A DNA stretch of 64,000 nt, from positions 109,817 through 173,816 of the forward strand of contig JBFYLP010000005.1 in assembly GCA_041305345.1 (NCBI GenBank). Direction: 5' to 3'. The notes under the pieces were generated by a model that had not been told where the DNA came from, searched no databases, and was given only the letters and a program-made list of their open reading frames with translations. A program made the translations under genes and the position numbers. Below are positions 1 to 8,524 of this stretch, piece after piece (positions within the stretch are counted from its first letter, which is position 1; each line of letters opens with the position of its first letter). This DNA is from Candidatus Micrarchaeota archaeon (GTDB lineage: Archaea; Micrarchaeota; Micrarchaeia; Norongarragalinales; SBBD01).

Positions 1-351
1 GTTGTCGAAATCGGTCTTGATGATTGAGAGGGGCGCTTTGGCGCCCGCCTTCCTTAAGTTCTTTTGCAAGAGCTCGTTGATCTTCCATTTAGTGAACACG
101 CCCGTAAGCTTGTCGATTTCCGCATTCTCGCGCACCCTGCCCGCACGCGCGCCCATTATATACCCCCCGACAACCGGAAGCAGGCTCAGGCCGATTCCCG
201 CGATTTTCTCCCTTGTGCTCACCGGCAGGTGGCCCCATTTCCTCGCAAACCATTTTCCCCCGGCCAAGACCCAGCTCCTCCTGGCATCGGTAAAGCGCCG
301 TTTTTCCCCTTGGGATGCGAAATATTCCAAAAGATTCCATTTCATGAACAT
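1..351 (-). CDS. Partial (runs off window) membrane-associated GGDEF-like (diguanylate cyclase-fold) protein
   Basis: Manual translation from ATG 351: MFMKWNLLEY...IAGIGLSLLPVVGGYIMGA (hydrophobic)...EIDKLTGVFTKWKINELLQKNL...PLSIIKTDFDN. This matches the start of GGDEF domains (D.LTG..N.......L...PLS....D.D.FK). Not in the ORF track; the GGDEF motif itself would lie outside the window. Confidence 0.6.
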   Translation of the reverse strand, partial: MFMKWNLLEYFASQGEKRRFTDARRSWVLAGGKWFARKWGHLPVSTREKIAGIGLSLLPVVGGYIMGARAGRVRENAEIDKLTGVFTKWKINELLQKNLRKAGAKAPLSIIKTDFDN

Positions 352-439
352 CCTTGCGTTCCCGAGGCATAAAAGGCTTCCGTTGCGTTGAGGGGCAAGG
401 TATTTAATTCTGCTAGCGCAGTTTAATACCGGTGTGAAC

Positions 440-1114
440 ATGGTCAACCTTACCTACCTGGGCCATTCCGCATTTGAATTGAATTTCGGTAAAAAAACGG
501 TCCTGATCGACCCGTGGCTCAACCCGCACCCGAAGGAGGAAAGGCTTGTGCAGCCCGCATATTCCGCGGAACAGGTGAAGAATGCGGACCTGATACTTAT
601 TTCGCACGAGCATTTCGACCATTTCGACCCGCTGGACGTCAAGCGCATCTATGAGCGCACCTTCGCGCATATCGTGGCCCCGGAAACCGTGTTTGAAAGG
701 ATCGAGATTCCAGAGAACAGGAAGATGGTAGCCTACCTGGGCGACAGGTTCACCTACCAGGGATTCGACATACAGGTTGTCGAGGCTAAGCACCCCCAGG
801 CGGCATATTCGGTTGGCTACATCATTTCAGATGGCCTCCAGAGCGTCTACTTCGCAGGCGATACATATGATTTCTACGGGCTTAGCAAAATCAAGGCGGA
901 TGTTGCGTTAATTCCAATCGGCGGTACTTATACGATGGATATGATAGGCGCGCTATCCGCGGCAAAGAAGCTCCACGTATCCCACATAATCCCAATGCAT
1001 TACAACACTTTTAGCAACATCAAGGCCAACCCCTACGAGTTTGCAAAGCGCGCCCGAACCGAGACCAAGGCGCAGGTGCACGTCCTTGAAGTTGGGCATT
1101 CAATTGAGCTTTAA
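440..1114 (+). CDS. Metallo-beta-lactamase-fold metal-dependent hydrolase (UPF0173-like)
   Basis: LGHS, IDPW, SHEHFDH, H...GY, YFAGDT, PIGG.YTM and PMHYNTF motifs; GGTGTGA SD before ATG 440. Confidence 0.9.
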   Translation: MVNLTYLGHSAFELNFGKKTVLIDPWLNPHPKEERLVQPAYSAEQVKNADLILISHEHFDHFDPLDVKRIYERTFAHIVAPETVFERIEIPENRKMVAYLGDRFTYQGFDIQVVEAKHPQAAYSVGYIISDGLQSVYFAGDTYDFYGLSKIKADVALIPIGGTYTMDMIGALSAAKKLHVSHIIPMHYNTFSNIKANPYEFAKRARTETKAQVHVLEVGHSIEL

Positions 1115-1179
1115 GCAAGTCATTTAGCACAAAGCCTTTCAACTCCCACATATCATTTACTCCAAAGACCACAAGCGTT

Positions 1180-3606
1180 CTAATCCTGGGTGCCGCTAAT
1201 GAATTCGGACACCTGCTGCACAATCTGCGCATATGAAAGCTCCATCTGCTCCCAAACATTCACCACATTGAAAAGGCTGCCAATGCCTGTTGCGGTCTCA
1301 TTCCCCGTCAGGTAATTGAAACCCCAAGCCTGGTTCCCAAGTGTCGCAACTTCGTCAAAACTCCCAAAGGAGTGCCCGCCTTGCTGATCAACAAGGTAAA
1401 CCTTCTGGTCGGCTTGGATCGCAGAATCCGGAATAGCGCTGCGTATTCCCTCCAGGATGGCCGCCCTCCCAGTGGATTCATTAACGGATTTCTGCACCAG
1501 GGCAATCCGGACAGTGAGGGAGTGGTTCAAATATACCAAAACCGATTCCGGGAAATAGTCGGGATCCCTAGCTGCGGTGAAATTGTGCGGCGCATAGGTC
1601 ACGTTGACGGTCTTGTTGCCAATGAATTCGGTCACCAGGACGGGGTTCGTGATGCCATCAACCGCTTCAAGGTTCAGGTATTCCGGGAATGACGAGGAAG
1701 AGTTGGTGATGTTCACCTTTGCGCCGGATACGAGGCTGCTTGCCTCATCGGTTACGTTGACTGCTGCATAATGCCTTACCCTCGCCTCGGAAAGCCCGGA
1801 GTAGGAGATGTTGGAAACAACCGCGCTTGAAAAGTTCACGAAGGTGAAATTCGATCCCACGAGGAACGCGATCCTAGGGTTGGTGGAATTCACGTACATC
1901 TCGTCAATGGCGCAGCTCTCGCCCGAAACCCTATAAAGGCCCTTCCGAAGGTTAACGTATTGGTTTGCCGTGAAGTTGAGGTTTTTCGTCTGGGAATCCC
2001 CATAATACACCTCAAATGACGGGTCCAGGCTGATGTTTGCAATCGTATTCCTGATGAACGATAAATTGGTAACCGTGCCCGAAAAGGAGAAGAGCGCCTG
2101 TGAATCCGTGCCATAGGTGCCGACAAACGCATTGTCGTTGAATGCCAAGTCCCTGGTTGTTGTCAGGAAGGCATAGTGGTACTGGCTGAAGTTCTCAAAG
2201 GAATTGTTGCTGAATTGCGAATTGTTCACGTTTTGCAGCCAGAGGATGTTGATATTCGTATTGGGCGCTGCACCGTATTTCACCACGTAGTTCTTCACCA
2301 GCAGGTCCTTCGATTGGTGAAAATAGAAAATCTCGTTGCTTACGTTGTTGATTGGCGAATTGGCGCCATCAAAAACGATTTTCTCCGATGCATAAACCCT
2401 GAAAAAATACTCGAATTCCGGTTTTTGCGGGTCATATGAGAAGCTCGTGTTCCTGAAGCTCAGGCGCGAGGAATTGAATATGTTGAAATGGTGCCTGTTA
2501 TCGTCGTATGTATCCGAAAAATTGGAGGAATTCACGCCATTGAGGTAAAGGCCGTACTGGTAACCGACATTGGAGGCGGAAATGCTGGTGATGTTGGAGC
2601 AGATGAAGTCCTCAATGGATGAATTTGTGGAATTGTAAAAATACGCGCCAAACGCCGTGCTGCCTTGGACCAACGATCTCGAATAGATGGAGTTGGCGAC
2701 TAGGTTTCTCGCGTGCACCTGCGATGACGACTCGACCTTAAGGCCGTATGTGAGCACGGATGCGACAGCGTACCCGAACTGCTCCGATACGTCGATACCC
2801 TCCAGCTCCACCTCACGGGAACCGCTGACCTTCACCCCGGTGTTGAAGTTCTTGATTTTGCAATCCCGGATGGTCACATTCCTCCTGTTCGCAATCGTGA
2901 TCCCAACGCTGCCCGGAGCGCGCGAGCCGCTGATGATGAACCCGTTGCAGTCCAGCGTGACGTTATCCGCAAGCACATATATGCAGCTTGATGCTGCAGA
3001 AATGCTCTGGTTCAGCTCATACACCTGGTTTGGGGATGCGAGGTTCCCGCAGGCGGAAGTGGTGTTCGGGTCCAGGATTGCCGGCTGTGCGCTTCCGCCG
3101 GAGAGTGTGAGGTTCCACGTTCTCTCAAATGAGTTTGGCATTTCCCAGTAGATGTCAAACCACCTCCTTTCCGGGCTTAGGGAAAGCGAAGCAGGCAAGG
3201 GCCTTGGATCGACGAATCTTACATTCCTAATGGTAACAGGAGAATGGCGGCAAATCGTTGCATTTAGCAATTCATCAAAAATACAATCCATTTGAAGCAC
3301 GGTTTCATCGAAATAGGCCGGGCCGACTTCCATTATTGCAAGATTCCGCGTTCCCGTTGAATCAGATAGAGCTGGCTGCATCACATACTCACTCAGAATG
3401 GGCCGGCCTGCTGCCATTGAGATTCCTACATAATTGTGGCATTTGGCATACTCGTCCGAGCCTGCCGGGGCTAAATCGCAATAATGCAAGTCCTCGGAGG
3501 TAATATCAATGCCATTTGTCAGGATAGTTTTGGCCCCGGATGATGGCAACGAAAACAAAAGGCACAATAACGCCAGCAATACGGTGCTCGAACCCGTCTT
3601 CCTCAT
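1180..3606 (-). CDS. Secreted right-handed parallel beta-helix (NosD/CASH-like) surface protein
   Basis: Signal peptide MRKTGSSTVLLALLCLLFSLPSSG at ATG 3606; CIYVLADNVTLDCNG...GI...NVTI..C.I.NF..G beta-helix signature; many N-x-S/T sequons. Confidence 0.75.
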   Translation of the reverse strand: MRKTGSSTVLLALLCLLFSLPSSGAKTILTNGIDITSEDLHYCDLAPAGSDEYAKCHNYVGISMAAGRPILSEYVMQPALSDSTGTRNLAIMEVGPAYFDETVLQMDCIFDELLNATICRHSPVTIRNVRFVDPRPLPASLSLSPERRWFDIYWEMPNSFERTWNLTLSGGSAQPAILDPNTTSACGNLASPNQVYELNQSISAASSCIYVLADNVTLDCNGFIISGSRAPGSVGITIANRRNVTIRDCKIKNFNTGVKVSGSREVELEGIDVSEQFGYAVASVLTYGLKVESSSQVHARNLVANSIYSRSLVQGSTAFGAYFYNSTNSSIEDFICSNITSISASNVGYQYGLYLNGVNSSNFSDTYDDNRHHFNIFNSSRLSFRNTSFSYDPQKPEFEYFFRVYASEKIVFDGANSPINNVSNEIFYFHQSKDLLVKNYVVKYGAAPNTNINILWLQNVNNSQFSNNSFENFSQYHYAFLTTTRDLAFNDNAFVGTYGTDSQALFSFSGTVTNLSFIRNTIANISLDPSFEVYYGDSQTKNLNFTANQYVNLRKGLYRVSGESCAIDEMYVNSTNPRIAFLVGSNFTFVNFSSAVVSNISYSGLSEARVRHYAAVNVTDEASSLVSGAKVNITNSSSSFPEYLNLEAVDGITNPVLVTEFIGNKTVNVTYAPHNFTAARDPDYFPESVLVYLNHSLTVRIALVQKSVNESTGRAAILEGIRSAIPDSAIQADQKVYLVDQQGGHSFGSFDEVATLGNQAWGFNYLTGNETATGIGSLFNVVNVWEQMELSYAQIVQQVSEFISGTQD

Positions 3607-3734
3607 TCCGGCCTCACTCCTATCCCCTGTTGAATGCGACCGGCAAACCAGCCGATCCTTAAACCCGCAAGCCTTATGGAGCCCCTTTTTTAATAACCCT
3701 CCGAACGCCCACCAGACCGCTCTCCGAATCCCTT

Positions 3735-4490
3735 TCCTTTCCAGTGTAAAGATACCTTGATTTCGCATCGTAGAGCGGTTCGCCGAAGGGTTTGTAATTG
3801 GTGTCCTCGACCACCGCGCCAGATTCATTCGTAACTAAGGTAGTGCTCCCAAGATGGTCTGGATGATAGAAATACTTCTTGCCATCGGGGTCTTTCCTCG
3901 CGATAAGCTGGGAATCGGCGTAATAGTAGATTGTGTCGAAGGTGCCCGTCGCATTTATTACTCGGAGGAAATTCGGGTTGAAGTAGAAGACGGTTTCGTT
4001 CTTGATTCTGTCGGATTTCCTGATGCGGTTGCCATCCGAATCGTAGAGGTATTCGGAAATGACGGTTCCAGTCGAATTTCCATCTCGGATTTTCGAGAGC
4101 TGATTAAACGAATTATACTCGTAATAGGATTGCGAATCCTGAACCATATTCCCGTTGGCATCGTAAATGAACGATTGGGTGAGGTTGGAAGCATTACGGG
4201 AGGTGTTTTGCCCGATTGCGAGGGATTGCTGGCTCCAGAGAGTGAGATTTCCTGCTCTTGCGGTTATTTTGTAATCTGTTGAATTCGAGTAGTTGTATGC
4301 GAGGTAGACGAAAATGCTCTCTTGGGAGGTGAGGTTGATGGGGATTGTTGAGTTGATTTGCGAAACTCCCGTGAAGAACGTGAAATTGATGTTCGAAATG
4401 TTGAAATTCGCGTTGTTCCTGATGTGGAAGCCGAAGATTTTGAGGGTGGCGTTTGTGGAGAGGAGGCGGAGGTCTTTGAGTTCGGAGAGG
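3735..4490 (-). pseudogene. Silent Rhs cassette 2: Ig-like insert plus Rhs core, truncated at DSESGL with no toxin tip
   Basis: Highly similar to 9400-10130 of the main Rhs gene; reading frame preceded by TAA with no start; homology stops just before MYYGARYY. Confidence 0.85.
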
Positions 4491-4509
4491 TGTCGGCAGA
4501 GTTTTTAGC

Positions 4510-4715
4510 ATTGGTTGCTAAAAAAAGAAAAAAAAGGGCTCTGTGCAGTTGTCAAAAGCGATAAAAAAAGAACTGCGTCTTCGCGTCTGGGCGAAGGGCT
4601 GACATCGACTTATGCGGAAAGACCGCATGTTGAAAAAAATTAAAATTTCAATGCATCGAATAACTTTGACAAAATACCTTTTTTGGCCCATTTTGTCAGT
4701 TACCGAAGGATTATC
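4510..4715 (-). repeat. Inter-cassette repeat copy A (decayed Imm 3' tail plus three-hairpin spacer)
   Basis: Near-identical to 6803-7008; inverted repeats gcagtt/aactgc (4545/4571), cttcgc/gcgaag (4579/4591), atgcgg/ccgcat (4612/4623). Confidence 0.9.
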
Positions 4716-4763
4716 ATCCACCTTTCCCAATAAATGTTCATTGATCAATAATTTTCATTTTTT

Positions 4764-5228
4764 TCACTTTTTGGTATTTTTTAATTTTTCAATTACGTCT
4801 AAAGCAATTCGATCATCTGGATATTTTTTTAAGACATCTTTTGCAATTTTTAATGCTTCACTTTCGGAAATCAACCTCTCTGGTAAATTATAGAAAAAAA
4901 GTAAAAACTGTTTGTGACCAATATTTTTTGGGGATAAATTAACTGCTCGCCTTGCATGAAATAAGGCTAAATTATACGCGTTTGGTAAATAATTAATTCC
5001 ATTGGAAAGTAGGACGGATGCAATCGAATGATATTCTGCATTTTCATTTTCATTTATTAAAAACCAAATGAAACCATATGGTGCAATACTCTTTCCATGA
5101 TAAGTTAGCTTGAAAAGAATTTCGTCTAATTTTTTAATTGTTAAATGTTTAACCAGTATTTTTGCTTTATAAAAATCTCCTGACAAGATATATTTTTCTA
5201 ATTTTGACTCCTCGGCATATATTTTCAT
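4764..5228 (-). CDS. Putative cognate immunity protein (helical/TPR-like) of the Ntox35-like tip
   Basis: ATGA overlap with the toxin stop; AT-rich; YHSIASVLL...AYNLALFHARRAVNLSP helical repeat. Confidence 0.7.
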   Translation of the reverse strand: MKIYAEESKLEKYILSGDFYKAKILVKHLTIKKLDEILFKLTYHGKSIAPYGFIWFLINENENAEYHSIASVLLSNGINYLPNAYNLALFHARRAVNLSPKNIGHKQFLLFFYNLPERLISESEALKIAKDVLKKYPDDRIALDVIEKLKNTKK

Positions 5229-6802
5229 TTTTTATTCACCCATGCATTTGAAATTGTTCTTCCACTTCCTTCTTTTTTCCAAGTCACAGTTACAACTTCC
5301 CTATTAATTTTTAATGTTGACTGATAAACTCCCTTTCCCGATTGATAAGAGCTAATCGTCCCTTCTTTTAATGTCTTATCGATAACTCCACTAACATCGC
5401 CCCAATCTTTAGGATCGCTAACAACTTTCCCCCAATCGTGTTTATCTGCCAGTATATGTGCTTGATGCGCTTGGTCGATTGCCTTAACTTCGGGTAATAA
5501 TTCTTTAACTGCTACTTTTCCGATATTTTTAGCCTCATTGGCTCTCTCCGCCTTCTTAAAATCACCTCCAGCTTCTAACGCCTTCTTCGCATCATTAAGG
5601 TCATCCGTATGCAATGCAGCCTTAGCGACAACGCCTCCACCGCCAATTAAAGGCGCCGCAGTTGATATTATATCGGCGCCAAAGCAGACCCAATTTTCCA
5701 AATGACTGAAATAACCCGCGGGATCATTTTTGATGTCGTTTATATCTTGCGCCAAGCTCAAATAATCCATGAAATCGGTAGGGGAAGCCCACTTTCCGGT
5801 TGGATCGACATACTTGTAGGGATTATTGGTTACATATGAGTAGCGGTTCATTGATTGCGGGGCATATTCGTACTCCTGCAATTCAGTATCGGGTTGAATG
5901 AATTTCCCAATCACCGGACTATAATATCTCGCCCCATAATACATCAAACCAGATTCCGAATCCCTTTCCTTCCCAGTGTAAAGATAACGCGATTTCGCAT
6001 CGTACAATGGCTCGCCGAAGGGTTTGTAATTGGTGTCCTCAACAACAGCACCACTTTCATTCGTAACGAGAGTCGTGCTTCCCAGATGGTCGGGATGGTA
6101 AAAGTATTTCTTGCCGTCGGGGTCTTTGCGGGCGATCAATTGGGAATCGGCGTAATAGTAGATTGTGTCGAAGGTTCCCGTCGTGTTTATGACTCTCAAG
6201 AAATTCTGATTGATGTAGAGGATGGTTTCGTTCTTGATTTTATCGGATTTCCTGATTCGGTTGCCGTCTGAATCATATAAATATTCGGAGATGATTGCGC
6301 CACTCGAATTTCCCTCTCTGATTCTGCTCATCTGGTTGAAGGAATTGTACTCATAATATGATTGCGAATCCTGAACCATATTCCCGTTGGCATCGTAAAT
6401 GAACGATTGGGTGAGGTTGGAGGCGTTCCGAGAGGTGTTTTGCCCTATTGCGAGGGATTGCTGGCTCCAGAGCGTTAGGTTCGATGCGCGAGCGGTTAAT
6501 TTGTAATCGGTTGAGTTAGAGTAGTTGTAGGCGAGGTAGACGAAAATCGACTCTTGGGAGGTGAGATTGATTGAAATTGTGGAGTTGATTTGTGATATTC
6601 CTGTAAAGAATGTGAAATTGATGTTCGAGATGTTGTAATTCGCGTTGTTCCTGATGTGGAAGCCGAATATTTTCAAAGTGCCATTTGTTGAGAGTAATCG
6701 TAGATTATTTACCTCGATAATTGGGCCTGTTTGGGAGATGGTTTTTTGAGCATGGGCGGGGGAGTTTTGGTAGGTGTAATTGCTGATTGTGTTGTTGTTC
6801 GT
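5225..6802 (-). pseudogene. Silent/orphan Rhs cassette 1: Rhs core plus alternative C-terminal toxin (Ntox35-like predicted RNase)
   Basis: Core YYGARYY...NPYKYVDPTG then a distinct tip HILADKHDWGKVV...ISNAWV. The only upstream ATG (6832) lies in the poly-T tract of the repeat (MPFFFFF). Confidence 0.8.
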
Positions 6803-7008
6803 ATTGGTTGCGAAAAAAAAGAAAAAAGGCATGTGCAGTTGTCAAAAGCGAGAAAAAAAGAACTGCGTCTTCGCGTCTGGGCGAAGGACTGACATCGACT
6901 TATGCGGAATGACCGCATTTTGAAAAAAATTATAATTTCAATGCATCGGATAACTTAGATAAAAACCCTTTTTTTGCCCATTTGGTTGGTTTACCAAAAG
7001 TATAATCT
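6803..7008 (-). repeat. Inter-cassette repeat copy B
   Basis: Direct repeat of 4510-4715; includes the last ~22 codons of the 6930-7562 gene. Confidence 0.9.
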
Positions 7009-7562
7009 GAAATCTTCCTAAACCAGATATTTTTCAAATTAGCCTTTTCCATAATTTGCTTGAGTTTAGATGTAACGATGAATCTTGTCTTAGAGTCAAC
7101 TGAAAAGAAATATTCGCCATTCCAATGATGTAAATCAAAATAAAATCCCTTCATGGCTGAAAGATATTTCTTCCCTTCCGAGTCTATCGAGTATTCAGGT
7201 TCACACTCGCCGATTAATAATGGTAAGGGATCAGATTTTGTTTCCATATAATAATATTTTGCCAGTATACTATTATAATTTACTTGGATTGGCCAGACAT
7301 GAAAATCACCAATATTGTTGTTCTTAAGTAAGGAGACAATTTTCTTAGAGTATACTTGTGTTGCCCACGAAGTAGCTAAAATATCCCCATACGTCGTTCC
7401 TGTTTGCGGAATAAGAGTAATTTTACCTCCTTTAACATATTCATCAAAATTTCTTTTTTGATTTAACTCTATATTTGAGATTTCTCCAGTTAACCAAAAA
7501 TATTTAGTTGCCCAACCATGCTCTAGAATATAAAAATCAGAATATCTCTGTTCAAGATTCAT
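6930..7562 (-). CDS. Orphan immunity protein, Imm11/DUF1629-like
   Basis: GDILAT...YSKKIVSLL and GFYFDLHHWNGEYFF...FIVTSKLKQIMEKANLKNIWF pattern; GGTGA SD; AT-rich; located in the toxin locus. Confidence 0.6.
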   Translation of the reverse strand: MNLEQRYSDFYILEHGWATKYFWLTGEISNIELNQKRNFDEYVKGGKITLIPQTGTTYGDILATSWATQVYSKKIVSLLKNNNIGDFHVWPIQVNYNSILAKYYYMETKSDPLPLLIGECEPEYSIDSEGKKYLSAMKGFYFDLHHWNGEYFFSVDSKTRFIVTSKLKQIMEKANLKNIWFRKISDYTFGKPTKWAKKGFLSKLSDALKL

Positions 7563-7645
7563 ATAGTATCACCCGCCATAATAACCATAGTAAATATCAA
7601 AATTATATTTTGAAGACATCAAATCTTTCCTCATGGTTTCACTTT

Positions 7646-8515
7646 TTAATATATTGATTCGGGAGCTCCCTCAATTCTTAATGGTTTCAGGTACTCGTTA
7701 AGTTTTTTCAAGTCATTTACATACCGAGTAGTTCCAAAATAGTTGTTAAGATTGATTTCGTAATTGGTTAGTTGTAGATAGGCTCCATTCGAGACTGATT
7801 TGACGATGGCTACGGGGGCTTCATTCTTGACTTTCTCAATCCCCCCAAGCCGGGCTAAATGATGTTTATTGAGGAAATTGCCCCAATAGGCTTTAAAGAT
7901 ATTTTTACAAACCCGATTTTGGTTTATTTGGTAAAATCTGACCTCGTCATTAAGTTTCTTTTCATAAGGGGTTTCTACAAGTCCTCGATCAATATCGAAA
8001 TAGGTGATTGGGGAGAGTGTCGCTTGCCTCATATAATCCGCTAAATTATTATGAAAAGTTATAAACCCGTATTCGAAGTTTTTTAAAAGCGATTCACTTA
8101 CTATTTCATTAATCTTAAAAGCTAAATTTGCGTCTATAAAATTAATACTTAAATTTTGTGGTTTTTCAAATTTTGGAGATAAGTCAAGATGAAAACTTAA
8201 TCCAATATTTTGGTTTTTTTCCTTAAATTGATTTTTTGATCGATTTTCAATAATAATAGAATAAAATCGGTCATCCTTTATTTTATTGATTATCTTGCCA
8301 ATATTCCTTGCGGATATTTTTTCAAATCGTTCGGCTGTTGCTGTTTCCTTTTTCATAAACGAATAAGTATCGAACGGATTCTCGGCATATTTATTAATTG
8401 TTTTTACTAGGGTCAATAATTCAAGAGGGGCTTTACGAACTTCTATATGAAAATATACTGTGAACCCATATTGTAATGACTTCCAATTTTCATGTTTTAA
8501 TTCTTTTGAATTCAT
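7646..8515 (-). CDS. Putative cognate immunity protein of the REase-fold toxin
   Basis: Immediately downstream of the Rhs stop; AGGTGA SD before ATG 8515; YWGNFL...LGGIEKV...GAYLQLT resembles immunity proteins of PD-(D/E)xK toxins; AT-rich. Confidence 0.65.
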   Translation of the reverse strand: MNSKELKHENWKSLQYGFTVYFHIEVRKAPLELLTLVKTINKYAENPFDTYSFMKKETATAERFEKISARNIGKIINKIKDDRFYSIIIENRSKNQFKEKNQNIGLSFHLDLSPKFEKPQNLSINFIDANLAFKINEIVSESLLKNFEYGFITFHNNLADYMRQATLSPITYFDIDRGLVETPYEKKLNDEVRFYQINQNRVCKNIFKAYWGNFLNKHHLARLGGIEKVKNEAPVAIVKSVSNGAYLQLTNYEINLNNYFGTTRYVNDLKKLNEYLKPLRIEGAPESIY

Positions 8516-8524
8516 ATATTTCAC

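Noticed and set aside
3607-3828. N-terminal extensions of ORFs 1180-3828, 14611-16020 and 25488-26780
   Set aside because: Signal peptides, TM segments or family N-termini begin at internal ATGs (3606, 14896, 26645)
3674-4147. ORF-track 157-aa protein as a functional gene
   Set aside because: It is an internal Met within a start-less Rhs fragment that runs into unrelated sequence after DSESGL
4510-7008. Inter-cassette repeats as integron attC sites or IS ends
   Set aside because: No integrase or transposase nearby, and no clear attC core-site pair or terminal inverted repeats with target duplication
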